A stretch of DNA of 64,000 bases from an uncultured Armatimonadetes bacterium (GCA_963717145.1 OY970325.1:4992001-5056000); one strand, 5' to 3'. Counted from the first letter of the stretch, positions 45,030-55,185 are shown. The notes: generated by a model not told the origin, from the sequence alone. A program made the numbers and translations.

Positions 45030-47420
45030 CTATTTCGCGAACAGGGGTCTCGTCACTTTGCCGGACGTGAGATCCAGAACACGTATGCGCTCCAGTGAGT
45101 CTGAGAGATCCACGAAGGCGATCATCCTGCCGTCGCTGTCTATGGCCGGCATGCTCGACGGCACGGCCACCAACTCTCGTGAGTCACTACCATCGAGCTT
45201 CATGGACGCAACATGCGGCTCTCCCGACGATATCGACGTGAACAGGATGCGGTCGCCATCCGGGAAGAAGACCGGCGGACTCGTGCATTCCGCCAGATAG
45301 ACTCCGTACTCTGAGACCACGTCCTCCGAGCGCACGAGACGCTCTGTGCCGGTTTCCAGGCCGACCAGCCAATACTCGATCATCAGCTTTCCCGGCTTAC
45401 TCGCAAGCGCCTGGAAAAGTATCGAGTCTCCCTTCGGCGACCAGGTGCAATCGGATAACGACCATTCGCGCTCATCCTCGGATCTGAGCTGAGTCAGTTG
45501 GCGCTCACCCTCTCCGGCGGTGTCCACCAGCCATATCTGATCGTTTCGGATAAACGCAACCAGGTTGCCCTGAGGCGAGACGGTGGGGAGAAGATCGACC
45601 ACGCCGGGCGGCGCAGGTTTCGCCAGGTTCTCCTGAGGCCCCATCATGCCGAGTCCCGAGTGCGGATTGCCCTCCTCCGCCGGGGGTGGAGCAGCCTCAT
45701 TGGCTGCCACAAGTACGCTCTGAGGGATGAAGCTCAGACTTGCGCTTGCCACGAGGATGCCCGCGGATGCCCGATCGTTCGAGGGTTTGTCTTCGTTGGT
45801 CGAAGGATCGGCCGGCGACGGAGTGGGCTCTGGGGTTGGTGCGGGCGCCTCAGAGGACGGCGCGGGCGCCTCGGGGGTCGGCGCGGGCGCCTCGGGGGTT
45901 GGCGCGGGCGCCTCAGCGGTCGGCGCAGGTGCCTCAGGCTTGGGCTTGTTCGTCAAGAGCCGGTAGCCCTGACCGTCGAGCTTGATGGTTGATACTCCCG
46001 CATCACGGTTCAGCCAGTCAGTGAAGAATACCGAATCGCCGCCGATTCTGGGCTGATCCGCGGCATTCTTGAGGCTCGAGAAAGGCTTCAGCGCCTCTTC
46101 CTCGGTCACGCGTTTGCCGGAATCCACGACAAACAGTCTCCCGGCGAAACCGAGGAGAAGCTTCTTGCCGTCCGGGTACCAGGAGATCGACCGTACAAGA
46201 CCGTTCCCGGGAAGAGCGGCGATCGCCTTCTCGCGGCTGCCTGACTTGGACCCGACGAACAGCTCCGTTGAGTGGTTCACATCTGACTGAAAGGCCAGGC
46301 GCTGGCGATCGGGTGACCACATCGGCATCCAGTATGAACTCCGGCTGCGGTTGAGTCTTTTCAGTCCCGTCCCGGAGGTGCTGCAGATATAGGTCTCGGG
46401 ACTGTAGGAGTCGGATGATGTGCCAGTGAATGCGACGGTCTTCCCATCAGGCGAGAACGATGCCGATGTCGGGTACACGCTGTCGGGAGTTAGGCACTTC
46501 AGGTCTTCGCCTGTCGATGCGACGCTCCACACGGCTGCATGGCTCTTCCTCCCTGCACAGAAGAACAGCCTGCTACTATCCGGTGACCAGGTTATCTTTC
46601 CGCCGTCAAAGGTGCGCACCGCGATGAGTCTGTCGGATCGGGTTTCGAGATCTATCACCTTGATCTTGGACCCACTTATCACGTCGGGCACGGCAAAAGC
46701 AAGATTGCGCCCGTCGGGTGAGTAGGCAGGCGCGCTGCAAAAACCCTTGTAGAGCAGCGTTAGCTCCTTGTCTTTCACCCCGACCGTCCAGATGCTGGCG
46801 CCGGTGGATCTGCCAACCACAAAGGCCAATGTGGATCCGTCCGGTGACCAGGCCCACTCACGCACCCAGAACTTCGTTGTGAGTCCGGTCGTGCCCACTC
46901 CGCCGACGCGTGTGAAAGACAGGTCTCTCGCATTGCCATCCTTGGAAACCGTGGCGAAGGAGACGAGAGAACCATCGAGTGACCAGGATGGGTTACTCGC
47001 GCCGGGTGGCAGGATGGTCAGCGGTGTCTCCTGGTCGGGACCTCCGCTGGGATCTATGGACCAATAGGCCGGACCGCCGCTACGAACGCTCCCGAACACA
47101 ATTGCTTTGCCGTCGCGTGTCCACATCGGGCCGTGCGCTCCTTTGCTCGTGAGTGGCCGAGCGCCGGTTCCGTCGGCTCTCATGACCCAGAGGTTTGGTA
47201 TTCCATGCAGGGAACCCGAGCAGAAAGCGATGCTCGTGCCGTCCGGAGACCAGGCGGCTTCCCATCCCCCGTTTGGGGCCGATAAGCCCGCGCATTCCGA
47301 GAACGCCGGCAATGCCAGTAAGGCGATGACCAGAAAGAACCTCAGGAATCTCGACAAGTTAGCCTCCGGACGATGGAAGGGCAGAGCATTCCCCCGCCAA
47401 TTCGAGCTGACAACTACCAT
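45030..47420 (-). CDS. TolB-like protein with PD40/WD40 beta-propellers and a Pro/Ala-rich linker
   Basis: Many WSPDG repeats; EAPAPT(P/A) tandem repeats at ~45820-45940. Confidence 0.85.
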   Translation of the reverse strand: MVVVSSNWRGNALPFHRPEANLSRFLRFFLVIALLALPAFSECAGLSAPNGGWEAAWSPDGTSIAFCSGSLHGIPNLWVMRADGTGARPLTSKGAHGPMWTRDGKAIVFGSVRSGGPAYWSIDPSGGPDQETPLTILPPGASNPSWSLDGSLVSFATVSKDGNARDLSFTRVGGVGTTGLTTKFWVREWAWSPDGSTLAFVVGRSTGASIWTVGVKDKELTLLYKGFCSAPAYSPDGRNLAFAVPDVISGSKIKVIDLETRSDRLIAVRTFDGGKITWSPDSSRLFFCAGRKSHAAVWSVASTGEDLKCLTPDSVYPTSASFSPDGKTVAFTGTSSDSYSPETYICSTSGTGLKRLNRSRSSYWMPMWSPDRQRLAFQSDVNHSTELFVGSKSGSREKAIAALPGNGLVRSISWYPDGKKLLLGFAGRLFVVDSGKRVTEEEALKPFSSLKNAADQPRIGGDSVFFTDWLNRDAGVSTIKLDGQGYRLLTNKPKPEAPAPTAEAPAPTPEAPAPTPEAPAPSSEAPAPTPEPTPSPADPSTNEDKPSNDRASAGILVASASLSFIPQSVLVAANEAAPPPAEEGNPHSGLGMMGPQENLAKPAPPGVVDLLPTVSPQGNLVAFIRNDQIWLVDTAGEGERQLTQLRSEDEREWSLSDCTWSPKGDSILFQALASKPGKLMIEYWLVGLETGTERLVRSEDVVSEYGVYLAECTSPPVFFPDGDRILFTSISSGEPHVASMKLDGSDSRELVAVPSSMPAIDSDGRMIAFVDLSDSLERIRVLDLTSGKVTRPLFAK

Positions 47421-47434
47421 GACTGCATTATCTC

Positions 47435-48892
47435 CTAGCCCACTGCCTCGCGCAATCGCGCGGCCTCACGCTCGATGACCGCACTGCCCGAACGCGACGA
47501 AGTGGCGACCCTCAGAAGCGTACCACCTGATGAGGGCATGATGCTGGCCCTGACCACAGTCCGGGCCACATAGAAAGAACAGAATACCCCAAGCAGCAAT
47601 ATCGCGAAACCGGCACATACCGCGGGCAACCCCGGGTTGCTTGCCACCTGGAGGCCCGTGTAGCTCACAGCGCTTTCCATGGTGATCCGGAATCCTTTGT
47701 ACTTGGCGGAACCGGAGATTGGTATCCAACCCAGGTTCGACCACGCGTCCTGGCCCTTATACTCCGGAAACCTGTCGTTCACCATGACCTCCGCAGCCGG
47801 GTGAATCGGCATGAAGCTGGCACTGATCTCTTCCCCTCCCACGTAGTCCGGAGCGAAATCGTGGACGAATATGCTGAGCTTCTGCTTGCCGATCTTTATC
47901 TGTCGGGGCTCCTGCTCCGAAACCATGTATAACTTGCCCTCCGGCCCGTTCTTCGTATCGACGCTGATCGGGACTCTCACGGATTCCCCATTCGCCCCGG
48001 TCACGACCAGATAGAAGCCCACGATCCCATAATCCGATTGATAGAAGGACACTCCGCGATAGGTCAGTGGGTGGTCGACGTCGACAACCTTGCCGGCGAC
48101 GAGCTTATCCGCATCATACACCTGCAGATCGCTCTTGTAGGCGGTCGGGTTGTGCTCGTCGTCGTGCTCGATGTAGAACTTCTTCAGTGCGACTCGGAAC
48201 TTGAGGTCCGCCGGTTTTTCCGAACGGCTCGGGAAGTAGCTGTTCGTGGATCGGCCTTCAACGATGGTTGTATAGCCCTCCAAGCCCAGCATACTCCCCA
48301 CCATACCGCCAAGAAAGATCACAAGAACGCTGACATGAGCAAGATATCGGCCCCACAGATTGGCGGTTCCCCTGGCTGCGTAGATCGAGATCTCGTCGCC
48401 CGTCCGCTCTTCACGCACCGAATAGTGCGCCGCGCGAAGCGCCCCCTTGACCTTCTCAGCCGTTTCATCAGTACCGGAGTCAGTCTGGATTGTCTGTGAT
48501 CCCTGCATCTTGCCTACCCGCGCGTGGCCGATCGCGACCTCCGGACGATATGCCTGCTTCCATGTACGGCTGAACCTGTTGATGCTGCACACCGCCAGGT
48601 TCGCTCCGATGAGCAGGATGATCAGTTGATACCAACTCGAGCGGTACAGATCAGTGAAACCGAGTGCTTTGAGGGTGGCGTAACCCCCGGGCCCAAACCG
48701 GGCATAGTCCTCAGGCGAAGCTCCTTGAGGGATGATGGTCCCGATGACCGAGACGGCGGCCAGTAACAGGAGCAACGTCACCGCCGTGCGCATCGAGCTG
48801 AAGGTCGTCCACAATATCTTTCCTAGATTCGTGCCGTCATTCGTATCAACGATATGCTCGGCGGTGTCTTCCGGGGCGAGACGCTCTGACAT
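47435..48892 (-). CDS. resB: Cytochrome c biogenesis protein ResB/Ccs1 (system II)
   Basis: FSSMRTAV.LL...SVIGTIIPQ, DLYRSSWY...CS..R, AHVSVLVI, VDHPLTYRGVSFYQSDY, YTGLQV..NPG. Confidence 0.9.
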   Translation of the reverse strand: MSERLAPEDTAEHIVDTNDGTNLGKILWTTFSSMRTAVTLLLLLAAVSVIGTIIPQGASPEDYARFGPGGYATLKALGFTDLYRSSWYQLIILLIGANLAVCSINRFSRTWKQAYRPEVAIGHARVGKMQGSQTIQTDSGTDETAEKVKGALRAAHYSVREERTGDEISIYAARGTANLWGRYLAHVSVLVIFLGGMVGSMLGLEGYTTIVEGRSTNSYFPSRSEKPADLKFRVALKKFYIEHDDEHNPTAYKSDLQVYDADKLVAGKVVDVDHPLTYRGVSFYQSDYGIVGFYLVVTGANGESVRVPISVDTKNGPEGKLYMVSEQEPRQIKIGKQKLSIFVHDFAPDYVGGEEISASFMPIHPAAEVMVNDRFPEYKGQDAWSNLGWIPISGSAKYKGFRITMESAVSYTGLQVASNPGLPAVCAGFAILLLGVFCSFYVARTVVRASIMPSSGGTLLRVATSSRSGSAVIEREAARLREAVG

Positions 48893-48928
48893 TAGTCCTC
48901 CGATGACTCAGACAAGGCCCGAAACGAT

Positions 48929-49018
48929 TCGTGCAAAAAATCACGTATGTGGCATCAGTGTGGGACATTGCCACATGTGTCACAATGTTATCATAGCTCG
49001 GCGGGGGGTAGATGTCAA
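48929..49018 (-). promoter_or_regulatory. resB promoter with a downstream Rex-like box
   Basis: Minus strand TTGACA(49018-49013)-17 bp-TATGAT(48995-48990); TCGTGCAAAAAATCACGT at 48929-48946. Confidence 0.65.
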
Positions 49019-49108
49019 GAGCAACGACCGGATGTGACACCCCTCACAAAGCCACCCGGCAACGTAAAATCGCCAAAATCTTCGTTGAACATACAGTAAT
49101 TTTACCTG

Positions 49109-49186
49109 TTGACGGGAGGATTTCCGTGTGCTATACTGTCCCAGTATTGTGCAGAATTGCACAATAGTTTGTGCAAGGTTTCACAG
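49109..49186 (+). promoter_or_regulatory. Cytochrome operon promoter followed by tandem Rex-like operators
   Basis: TTGACG(49109)-17 bp-TATACT(49132) with extended TG; TTGTGCAGAATTGCACAA (49147-49164) and TTGTGCAAGGTTTCACAG (49169-49186). Confidence 0.8.
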
Positions 49187-49249
49187 ACTTTGGAGCAAAG
49201 CGCATTCGGATTCGCGCTTCGCTCGCCTTAGGAAGAGGACGTAGTTCAT

Positions 49250-49669
49250 ATGAGAATCAGAGTGCTCATCTTATTGGTCCCATGTTTGGTTTTGGCGATG
49301 ATTCTGGGCCACGGGATACTCTCCGCGCAGGGCGGCAGCGCCTATGGCGGAGTGGAGAACTGCAAGATGTGCCACCCGGACATTTACACCGAATGGTCGA
49401 AGTCCGACCATGCGCGAGGATTCGAACTCCTGACAAACGTCGGCCAGGAGAAGAACGCTGAGTGCCTCCCTTGCCACACCACCGGATACGGTAAGGGCGG
49501 TTACGTGGACGAAGCCACAACCCCCGGATTGAAAGGCACGGCTTGTGAATCGTGTCACGGACCTGGCGCCGGTCATATGGGCGACAAGACCAAGATCACC
49601 AGGAAGCCGCCCGCCGGGACGTGCGAGGGCTGTCATCAGGCGACAAATATCCATTCTGTGACTAAGTAG
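49250..49669 (+). CDS. Small tetraheme cytochrome c (c554-like)
   Basis: Signal peptide; 4 CxxCH (CKMCH, CLPCH, CESCH, CEGCH); YGG.E.C..CH...W..S.H pattern. Confidence 0.9.
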   Translation: MRIRVLILLVPCLVLAMILGHGILSAQGGSAYGGVENCKMCHPDIYTEWSKSDHARGFELLTNVGQEKNAECLPCHTTGYGKGGYVDEATTPGLKGTACESCHGPGAGHMGDKTKITRKPPAGTCEGCHQATNIHSVTK

Positions 49670-49686
49670 GCGCACCGTTACTAGAT

Positions 49687-51111
49687 ATGTCAAGGAAGTT
49701 TGAGACCAAACCAGTTCTGACTCTTATCGCCATCGGGATCTCGCTCCTGGTCGGTGGGATGCTGATCCCGTGGGCAGCGGATGCGCAGAGTGCGCCGCCG
49801 CAACCGCCCACGCCCAAGGCGGAGGTGGTTTCTACCGCGAGGTTCGTCGGTAGCCAGGGATGCCAGACCTGCCACTCGCAGGTCGCGGAACCTTGGTTGG
49901 CCAGTCCGCACGGTCGGGCTCTCACGCAAGAGGGCTTGCCGGAGGAACGGCGAGGCTGCGAGGCCTGTCACGGAGCGGGGAGCGCGCATGTCGGAAGTGC
50001 ATCGGCCAGCAAGATGTCTATTCCGATCGCGGCGGATCCGCCGGCGGCAAACAGCCTGTGCGGATCCTGTCATTTCGATCGCGAGCCGTCAACTGCACCC
50101 GATGCCCCGCACAGCTTATCCAAGGCTGAATGGACACGAAGCGCGCACGCGCGAAAGGATCTGTCCTGCCTGTCATGCCACTCCGGACATCCGAACGCGA
50201 ACGAGAAGGCGCTCGTGAGACCGGCCAAGGACCTGTGCCTGAGTTGCCATGCATCAGTGATGGAGGACGCTCCCGGCAAACCGGCGGCATACACCCATTC
50301 GCCTGTTGCGCAGGGACAGTGTACGTTGTGCCACGATCCGCATGGGGCGGCTGACCGGCGTATGGTGGCGGATGATGTGAATAAGGCGTGCGAAACGTGT
50401 CATGATGCCGGGACTCCCGAGATGGCAGCCGGCCATCAAGGGTTTGCCGTCAAGGGTGCGAAGTGCATTTCCTGCCATGACCCGCATTCACACAAAGCTT
50501 CCGACAAACTCATGCGGACGAAACAGCACATGCCGTTCAAGCAGCGAAACTGCGTGCTCTGTCATGGCAAGCCCGGGGCTGATGGGGCAGCGACTCTGGC
50601 TAAGCCGGCCAAGGAGCTGTGCGTATCCTGCCATCCGACGGGCAGCATCATGAAGGACGGCGAGAAAGCCCATGCTCCGGCGAAGGAGGGGCTTTGCACG
50701 GTATGCCACGACCCGCACGCGTCGAATGCCAAGGGCTTGCAGAAGACTCGTACTGCCTATGCGTGCTTCACCTGCCACAGCAAGGTTGAGATCGATACCC
50801 TATCCGCCCACAAGCATGGGGCGTTCAACAGCAATATGGACTGCACCGGTTGCCACAAGCCGCACAGCTCGCCGCAGGAGAAACTCCTGGTCAAGGCTCA
50901 GGGTGACCTATGCGGGCAGTGCCACAAGCACTCGGGCTCACATCCGATGGGAACCAGGAAAGACGGCACTCCCGTCATCGACCCGAATACCAGCAAGCCG
51001 ATGGTGTGCGCCAGTTGCCATAACCTGCACGGATCGAAATTCGCCATCCTGGCCAAGGCGGACAAAGGCAGAGACCTCTGCCTGCTGTGCCACCAGATGG
51101 AGCACAAGTAG
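49687..51111 (+). CDS. 16-heme cytochrome c (DmsE/MtrA-like N-terminus, paired CxxCH repeats)
   Basis: Signal peptide; 16 CxxCH motifs counted. Confidence 0.9.
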   Translation: MSRKFETKPVLTLIAIGISLLVGGMLIPWAADAQSAPPQPPTPKAEVVSTARFVGSQGCQTCHSQVAEPWLASPHGRALTQEGLPEERRGCEACHGAGSAHVGSASASKMSIPIAADPPAANSLCGSCHFDREPSTAPDAPHSLSKAEWTRSAHARKDLSCLSCHSGHPNANEKALVRPAKDLCLSCHASVMEDAPGKPAAYTHSPVAQGQCTLCHDPHGAADRRMVADDVNKACETCHDAGTPEMAAGHQGFAVKGAKCISCHDPHSHKASDKLMRTKQHMPFKQRNCVLCHGKPGADGAATLAKPAKELCVSCHPTGSIMKDGEKAHAPAKEGLCTVCHDPHASNAKGLQKTRTAYACFTCHSKVEIDTLSAHKHGAFNSNMDCTGCHKPHSSPQEKLLVKAQGDLCGQCHKHSGSHPMGTRKDGTPVIDPNTSKPMVCASCHNLHGSKFAILAKADKGRDLCLLCHQMEHK

Positions 51112-52137
51112 ATGTATCGCACAGCTAAGCTCTTTGCAGCCTCGATAATTTGCGTGATGGCGCTAAGTATACAGGCGAGCGCTGCTCCGGAAAGCAGGAC
51201 ATTCAAGCTCACCTACTCGTACGTAGCCCACGGGTATTCGACCAGTCAGCGGTTCTCAAAGCCGAGCGGTCTCTTCTACGATACGAACCGTGACGAGCTG
51301 TATGTTGCCGACACGGGCAACAACCAGATCGTGATCTTTGATAAGAAGGGGATGCCGACCGCGCGGATCCGGCATAACGTGGAGGTCGCCTCATCGACCG
51401 ACAGAAAGTCACTCCCTGGAGAGCCCAAGAGCATTCTTGTCCGCAAGAACGGCGACATCCTGGTCACGGACAACCTGTGCAACTACGTGGACGTCCTCGA
51501 TTTTCGTGGCCGTTCGCTCGAGAAGATCTGGCCCGCGGACCTGCTCGGCTTGTCCCGAACCAAGGTTCAACCGCGCTGCCTTGCTATCGACGCTGCACAG
51601 AACATCTACGTGAGCGTGACAGGTGCGGCCAGCAGTATCCTGGTTTTCACACCCGAGTTCAAACTCAAGTCCGAGATAGGCCGGATCATAGGAGGCGGTA
51701 CCATGAAATCGGTGACCGGCCTCTGGGTGGACAACAGCGGCAAGGTATATGCCACGTATTCCCAGGGTGAGTGCGTGCGAGTCTACGCGGCGGATGGGAA
51801 GCAGCTTACGAGCTTCGGCGGACACGATGTCGGTTACGAGAACTTCTCCCTGCCGGTCGGTGTCGTGACGGACGCACAGAGCAACATCTGGGTGGTCGAC
51901 ACCCTCAGGCACATCGTCAGCGCGTTCAAGCAGGAGACAACGGACTCCGGTCTCACCGCGACCGTAATCCACGCGCTCGGCGGATACGGCAGCGGGGCCG
52001 GAGAGATGTCATTCCCGACGGCGCTTGCCGGTGACGGATCGAGCAAACTGTTCATACTAGAGGGAGCAGGCGCGAGGCTCCAGGCATTCAGCATAGATTT
52101 CGCGGCGCCCGCCCAGCAGGCGGGTGTGAAAACCTGA
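51112..52137 (+). CDS. NHL-repeat beta-propeller protein
   Basis: FSKPSGL...LYVADTGNNQI; FSLPVGV..D...IWVVDT. Confidence 0.88.
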   Translation: MYRTAKLFAASIICVMALSIQASAAPESRTFKLTYSYVAHGYSTSQRFSKPSGLFYDTNRDELYVADTGNNQIVIFDKKGMPTARIRHNVEVASSTDRKSLPGEPKSILVRKNGDILVTDNLCNYVDVLDFRGRSLEKIWPADLLGLSRTKVQPRCLAIDAAQNIYVSVTGAASSILVFTPEFKLKSEIGRIIGGGTMKSVTGLWVDNSGKVYATYSQGECVRVYAADGKQLTSFGGHDVGYENFSLPVGVVTDAQSNIWVVDTLRHIVSAFKQETTDSGLTATVIHALGGYGSGAGEMSFPTALAGDGSSKLFILEGAGARLQAFSIDFAAPAQQAGVKT

Positions 52138-52263
52138 TGATAGTGGTTTCGCGAGTATCGCGGGGTTGACGCGTGCGGCGAGACTTCTACATAACAGCCG
52201 CCCCTTGTGGCCAACAGCCACGAGGGTGAGGCATGATTAAACGAAAGGGAGGTACACAACCGA

Positions 52264-53328
52264 ATGAAAGTGATGGTAGGGCTTCTAATCACGGCGCTTG
52301 CGTTGTGTGGGGGCGCGGCTCTGGCCGGCGACTATCACAATAGCGCCACCCTGGTCTGCTCCGACTGCCACACGATGCACTACAGCGCTCAGCACGGCTA
52401 TGACGGAGTTACTCCGATCACGCTGGGAGCAGTTGGGCCGAACGAGAACCTGATCAAGGCTCCGACCCGCAATGCTCTGTGCCTGACGTGTCACGACAAT
52501 CAGGCCTATGCTCCGGACGTCTATGCAGCCAATACGGGGTCCCACGTTCGCAACGCAGGCGCTCTGAACAAGCTGGGTGATGCCGGCCTGTACGCTGAGT
52601 ACAAGGGACACACCCTGGGCTCACTTGCGTCCGCTCCCGGCGGCACGTGGGCGCCAACAATTCCGGCAGAGGGAGAGGCAGAGGGTATGACCTGCGGCAG
52701 TTGTCACGGCACGCACGGTTCGACCTACTACCGCAACCTGAAGAACAAGCCGGGCGGTTCAGCCGACAACACCTATGTCACGTATGCGGTCGGCACCAAC
52801 GACCTGACCAAGGATGTCTTCGAGCGCGATGCGACCCTCAACCAGGTCTCGACGCACTACGATGTCGCCAACGTTGACTTCAACGAGCCTGACTCGACGA
52901 AGTCGGCCTATGCCAACTGGTGCAAGAGCTGCCATACCAACTTCCACGGCGTATCCGGTGGAACTGAGGTCGGCGGCGCATCCGGCGGCGACATCAGCAG
53001 CCACTCGACCGGAGTGGAAGGAGTGCCCTGGCACCGACACCCGAGCGCTGACGTGAACATTGGTCAGAACGGCAACTCCAAGCTGACCCAGTACAACCAT
53101 GTCACGCATGTGAACAAGGTCAAGGTCATGAGCAATTCCGGCGACTGGGGCAATACGAGCACCGATGTCACCCCATCGTGCTTCTCCTGCCACAAGTCTC
53201 ACGGAAATCAGAATGCCTTCGGTCTGATTCACATGAGCGGCACCGGAACTCTGAGCGAACAGGGCGACGATGGCGGCGGCAACAACGTGAGAGGTCTCTG
53301 CAGACAGTGCCATTCGCAGGGCACGTAG
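52264..53328 (+). CDS. Hexaheme cytochrome c, OmcS-like paralog 1
   Basis: Signal peptide, strong SD AAAGGGAGG; YH-x6-CSDCHTMH, CLTCH, GH.L, CGSCH..HG...YRNL, WCKSCH, HP, SCFSCHKSHG, LCRQCH. Confidence 0.85.
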   Translation: MKVMVGLLITALALCGGAALAGDYHNSATLVCSDCHTMHYSAQHGYDGVTPITLGAVGPNENLIKAPTRNALCLTCHDNQAYAPDVYAANTGSHVRNAGALNKLGDAGLYAEYKGHTLGSLASAPGGTWAPTIPAEGEAEGMTCGSCHGTHGSTYYRNLKNKPGGSADNTYVTYAVGTNDLTKDVFERDATLNQVSTHYDVANVDFNEPDSTKSAYANWCKSCHTNFHGVSGGTEVGGASGGDISSHSTGVEGVPWHRHPSADVNIGQNGNSKLTQYNHVTHVNKVKVMSNSGDWGNTSTDVTPSCFSCHKSHGNQNAFGLIHMSGTGTLSEQGDDGGGNNVRGLCRQCHSQGT

Positions 53329-53371
53329 TCCGCGAATCGACATACATCACGGTAATGTCGTTGTAGTATTG

Positions 53372-53459
53372 CCTGTCGAGGCGAGGGATGGATCTCTCGC
53401 CTCGACAGGTTGCCTTGTGAGTAAACGGTTTCCGAGGGGCACCCCTCGGAAGCTGTTTT
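53372..53459 (+). terminator. Two consecutive hairpins after OmcS-like gene 1; the second has a T tract
   Basis: CCTGTCGAGGCGAG...CTCGCCTCGACAGG and AAACGGTTTCCGAGGGG-CA-CCCCTCGGAAGCTGTTTT. Confidence 0.65.
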
Positions 53460-53490
53460 GCTAGGTGCGCCGTTGACTTACAGAAGGGAC

Positions 53491-54537
53491 ATGGATGTGA
53501 ACGCACGATACCTTACCTTCGGAATGGCCTGTCTATTCCTTTCCTTCACCAGCGTTTCCCTGGCAGGGCTGACTCACGTTGGAAACAGCCTGGTCTGCTC
53601 TGATTGTCATTCGATGCACTATAGCATGCGGCACAACTACCGCGGCGGCGCAACCGATCTGGTCACGGATGCGAACGGACCCTTTGGGAATCTCTTGAAG
53701 GCTTCACCTAACGAGCTGTGCCTCGCGTGCCACGATCAGACAAGCTTCGCGCCGGATGTGCTCGGAGAGCCGTCCGGTGAGTATGTCAGGCAGGCAGGCG
53801 CGCTTAACCGGCTGGGGGTAGAGGAGTCCGGCTACAAGTCATGGACGGGCCACACACTGGAAAGCACCGATGTCGCTCCGGGAGGCACGTGGTCCAATTC
53901 CACCACCGGGCTTCGATGCATCGATTGCCATGCGCCTCATGGAATTCCGACTCAGTTTCGCAATCTGTGGACAGACAGTGCTGCAGGCCATAACTTCGAG
54001 AACAAGACCCTGACCTACGCTTACGGCGCAACCAACGACACGAACAAAGACGTCTTTCTCCACGACGGCTTCGACGTCGCCTACCGATATGGCGTCCTCG
54101 GCACGGATTTCAACGAACCCGACGAGACGAAGTCGGCCTACGCCAACTGGTGCCGGAGCTGCCACACGAACTTCCACGGCGCTTCCGGTGGGTCTGAGGT
54201 CGGGGGCGTGAGTGGTGGCGATACGGGCGGTTCCGACGGAGTCGCCTGGGTCAGGCATCCGAACGCTGATACCAACATTGGTGCGCACGACGCAGAGATG
54301 TCCAGCCTGGCTGAGTTCCAGTCCCATGCCAACCGGGCGAAAGTCATGAGCCATTCCGGCACGTGGGCCTCGGCTGCGGATGTTACCCCTTCATGTTTCT
54401 CCTGCCACAAGGCACACGGGAACAAGAACGCGTTTGCCCTCATCTACATGTCCGGAAGCGGAACTGTCACTGAGGAAGGTGACACCGGAGGGTCTCATAG
54501 CGTGCGAGATCTATGTCGCCAGTGTCACGAGCAATAG
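53491..54537 (+). CDS. Hexaheme cytochrome c, OmcS-like paralog 2
   Basis: TH-x6-CSDCHSMH, CLACH, CIDCH.PHG...FRNL, WCRSCH, HP, SCFSCHKAHG, LCRQCH. Confidence 0.85.
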   Translation: MDVNARYLTFGMACLFLSFTSVSLAGLTHVGNSLVCSDCHSMHYSMRHNYRGGATDLVTDANGPFGNLLKASPNELCLACHDQTSFAPDVLGEPSGEYVRQAGALNRLGVEESGYKSWTGHTLESTDVAPGGTWSNSTTGLRCIDCHAPHGIPTQFRNLWTDSAAGHNFENKTLTYAYGATNDTNKDVFLHDGFDVAYRYGVLGTDFNEPDETKSAYANWCRSCHTNFHGASGGSEVGGVSGGDTGGSDGVAWVRHPNADTNIGAHDAEMSSLAEFQSHANRAKVMSHSGTWASAADVTPSCFSCHKAHGNKNAFALIYMSGSGTVTEEGDTGGSHSVRDLCRQCHEQ

Positions 54538-54583
54538 AGCCGGTCGCTGCGCAGTTTGCGTAGTTGTTCTCACGAGAACGCCG

Positions 54584-54698
54584 ACCGCTGGTCCTGAGTT
54601 CGCCGGTGAATGACGGCGTGTAACGAAGGACGGCCCTACTGCACCGAGCCGTCCTTCGTTACACGCCGTCATTCACCGGCGAACTCAGGACTAGCGGT
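54584..54698. repeat. Long REPIN-like hairpin, family B copy 2 (inverted relative to copy 1)
   Basis: GTCCTGAGTTCGCCGGTGAATGACGGCGTGTAACGAAGGACGGC-loop-reverse complement. Confidence 0.85.
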
Positions 54699-55115
54699 GG
54701 GGAAAACTGTTGTTCCACCTCGAATCCAGGATCATCCTCTCACTTGGTGCCATTCCAGGCAAAACCTGTCACTTCTACCAGTATCGTTCCAGCCCCTCAC
54801 CGTGGCACATACTATTACCAGGGAATCCCAGGATCGTGGCACATATTGTCAGCCGTAACTAGTGGCAAATGAGGGTATACAACAGTTAGGCTGAAATGCC
54901 CTGAGGCGGTCAGAAACATACGAGGATGGGTAAAATATTCTTGGCGGACTCGACAAGAACTGAAAAACGTGCGATAATGAGTAGTAAGTGGCGGGCGCAT
55001 CCGACAGAACCGGGTGCTGCAAGCCACGGATTTGCCCGTGCTCGAGGGATTCCCCGAGGGCATGCGACAACGCTATCTCATCAACTGGCGAATGAAACTG
55101 GGGTTACGGGGGTTC

Positions 55116-55133
55116 TCGTGAAATATTTCACGA
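55116..55133. promoter_or_regulatory. Rex-like operator upstream of OmcS-like paralog 3
   Basis: Perfect 18-bp palindrome TCGTGAAATATTTCACGA; candidate promoter TCGACA(54950)-17 bp-GATAAT(54973) upstream. Confidence 0.75.
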
Positions 55134-55185
55134 ACCCTTCGAGGCACGGTTCATTCCTGGCGAGAGGTATTTGGGGGGATGGCAT

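Noticed and set aside
45820-45940. 21-bp tandem repeats as a CRISPR array
   Set aside because: In-frame EAPAPTP coding repeats with no unique spacers; no cas genes in the window
52138-55185. GEMM-I cyclic-dinucleotide riboswitch upstream of the OmcS-like genes, as found at Geobacter omcS
   Set aside because: I could not find the GEMM-I core motifs by eye; needs an Rfam scan
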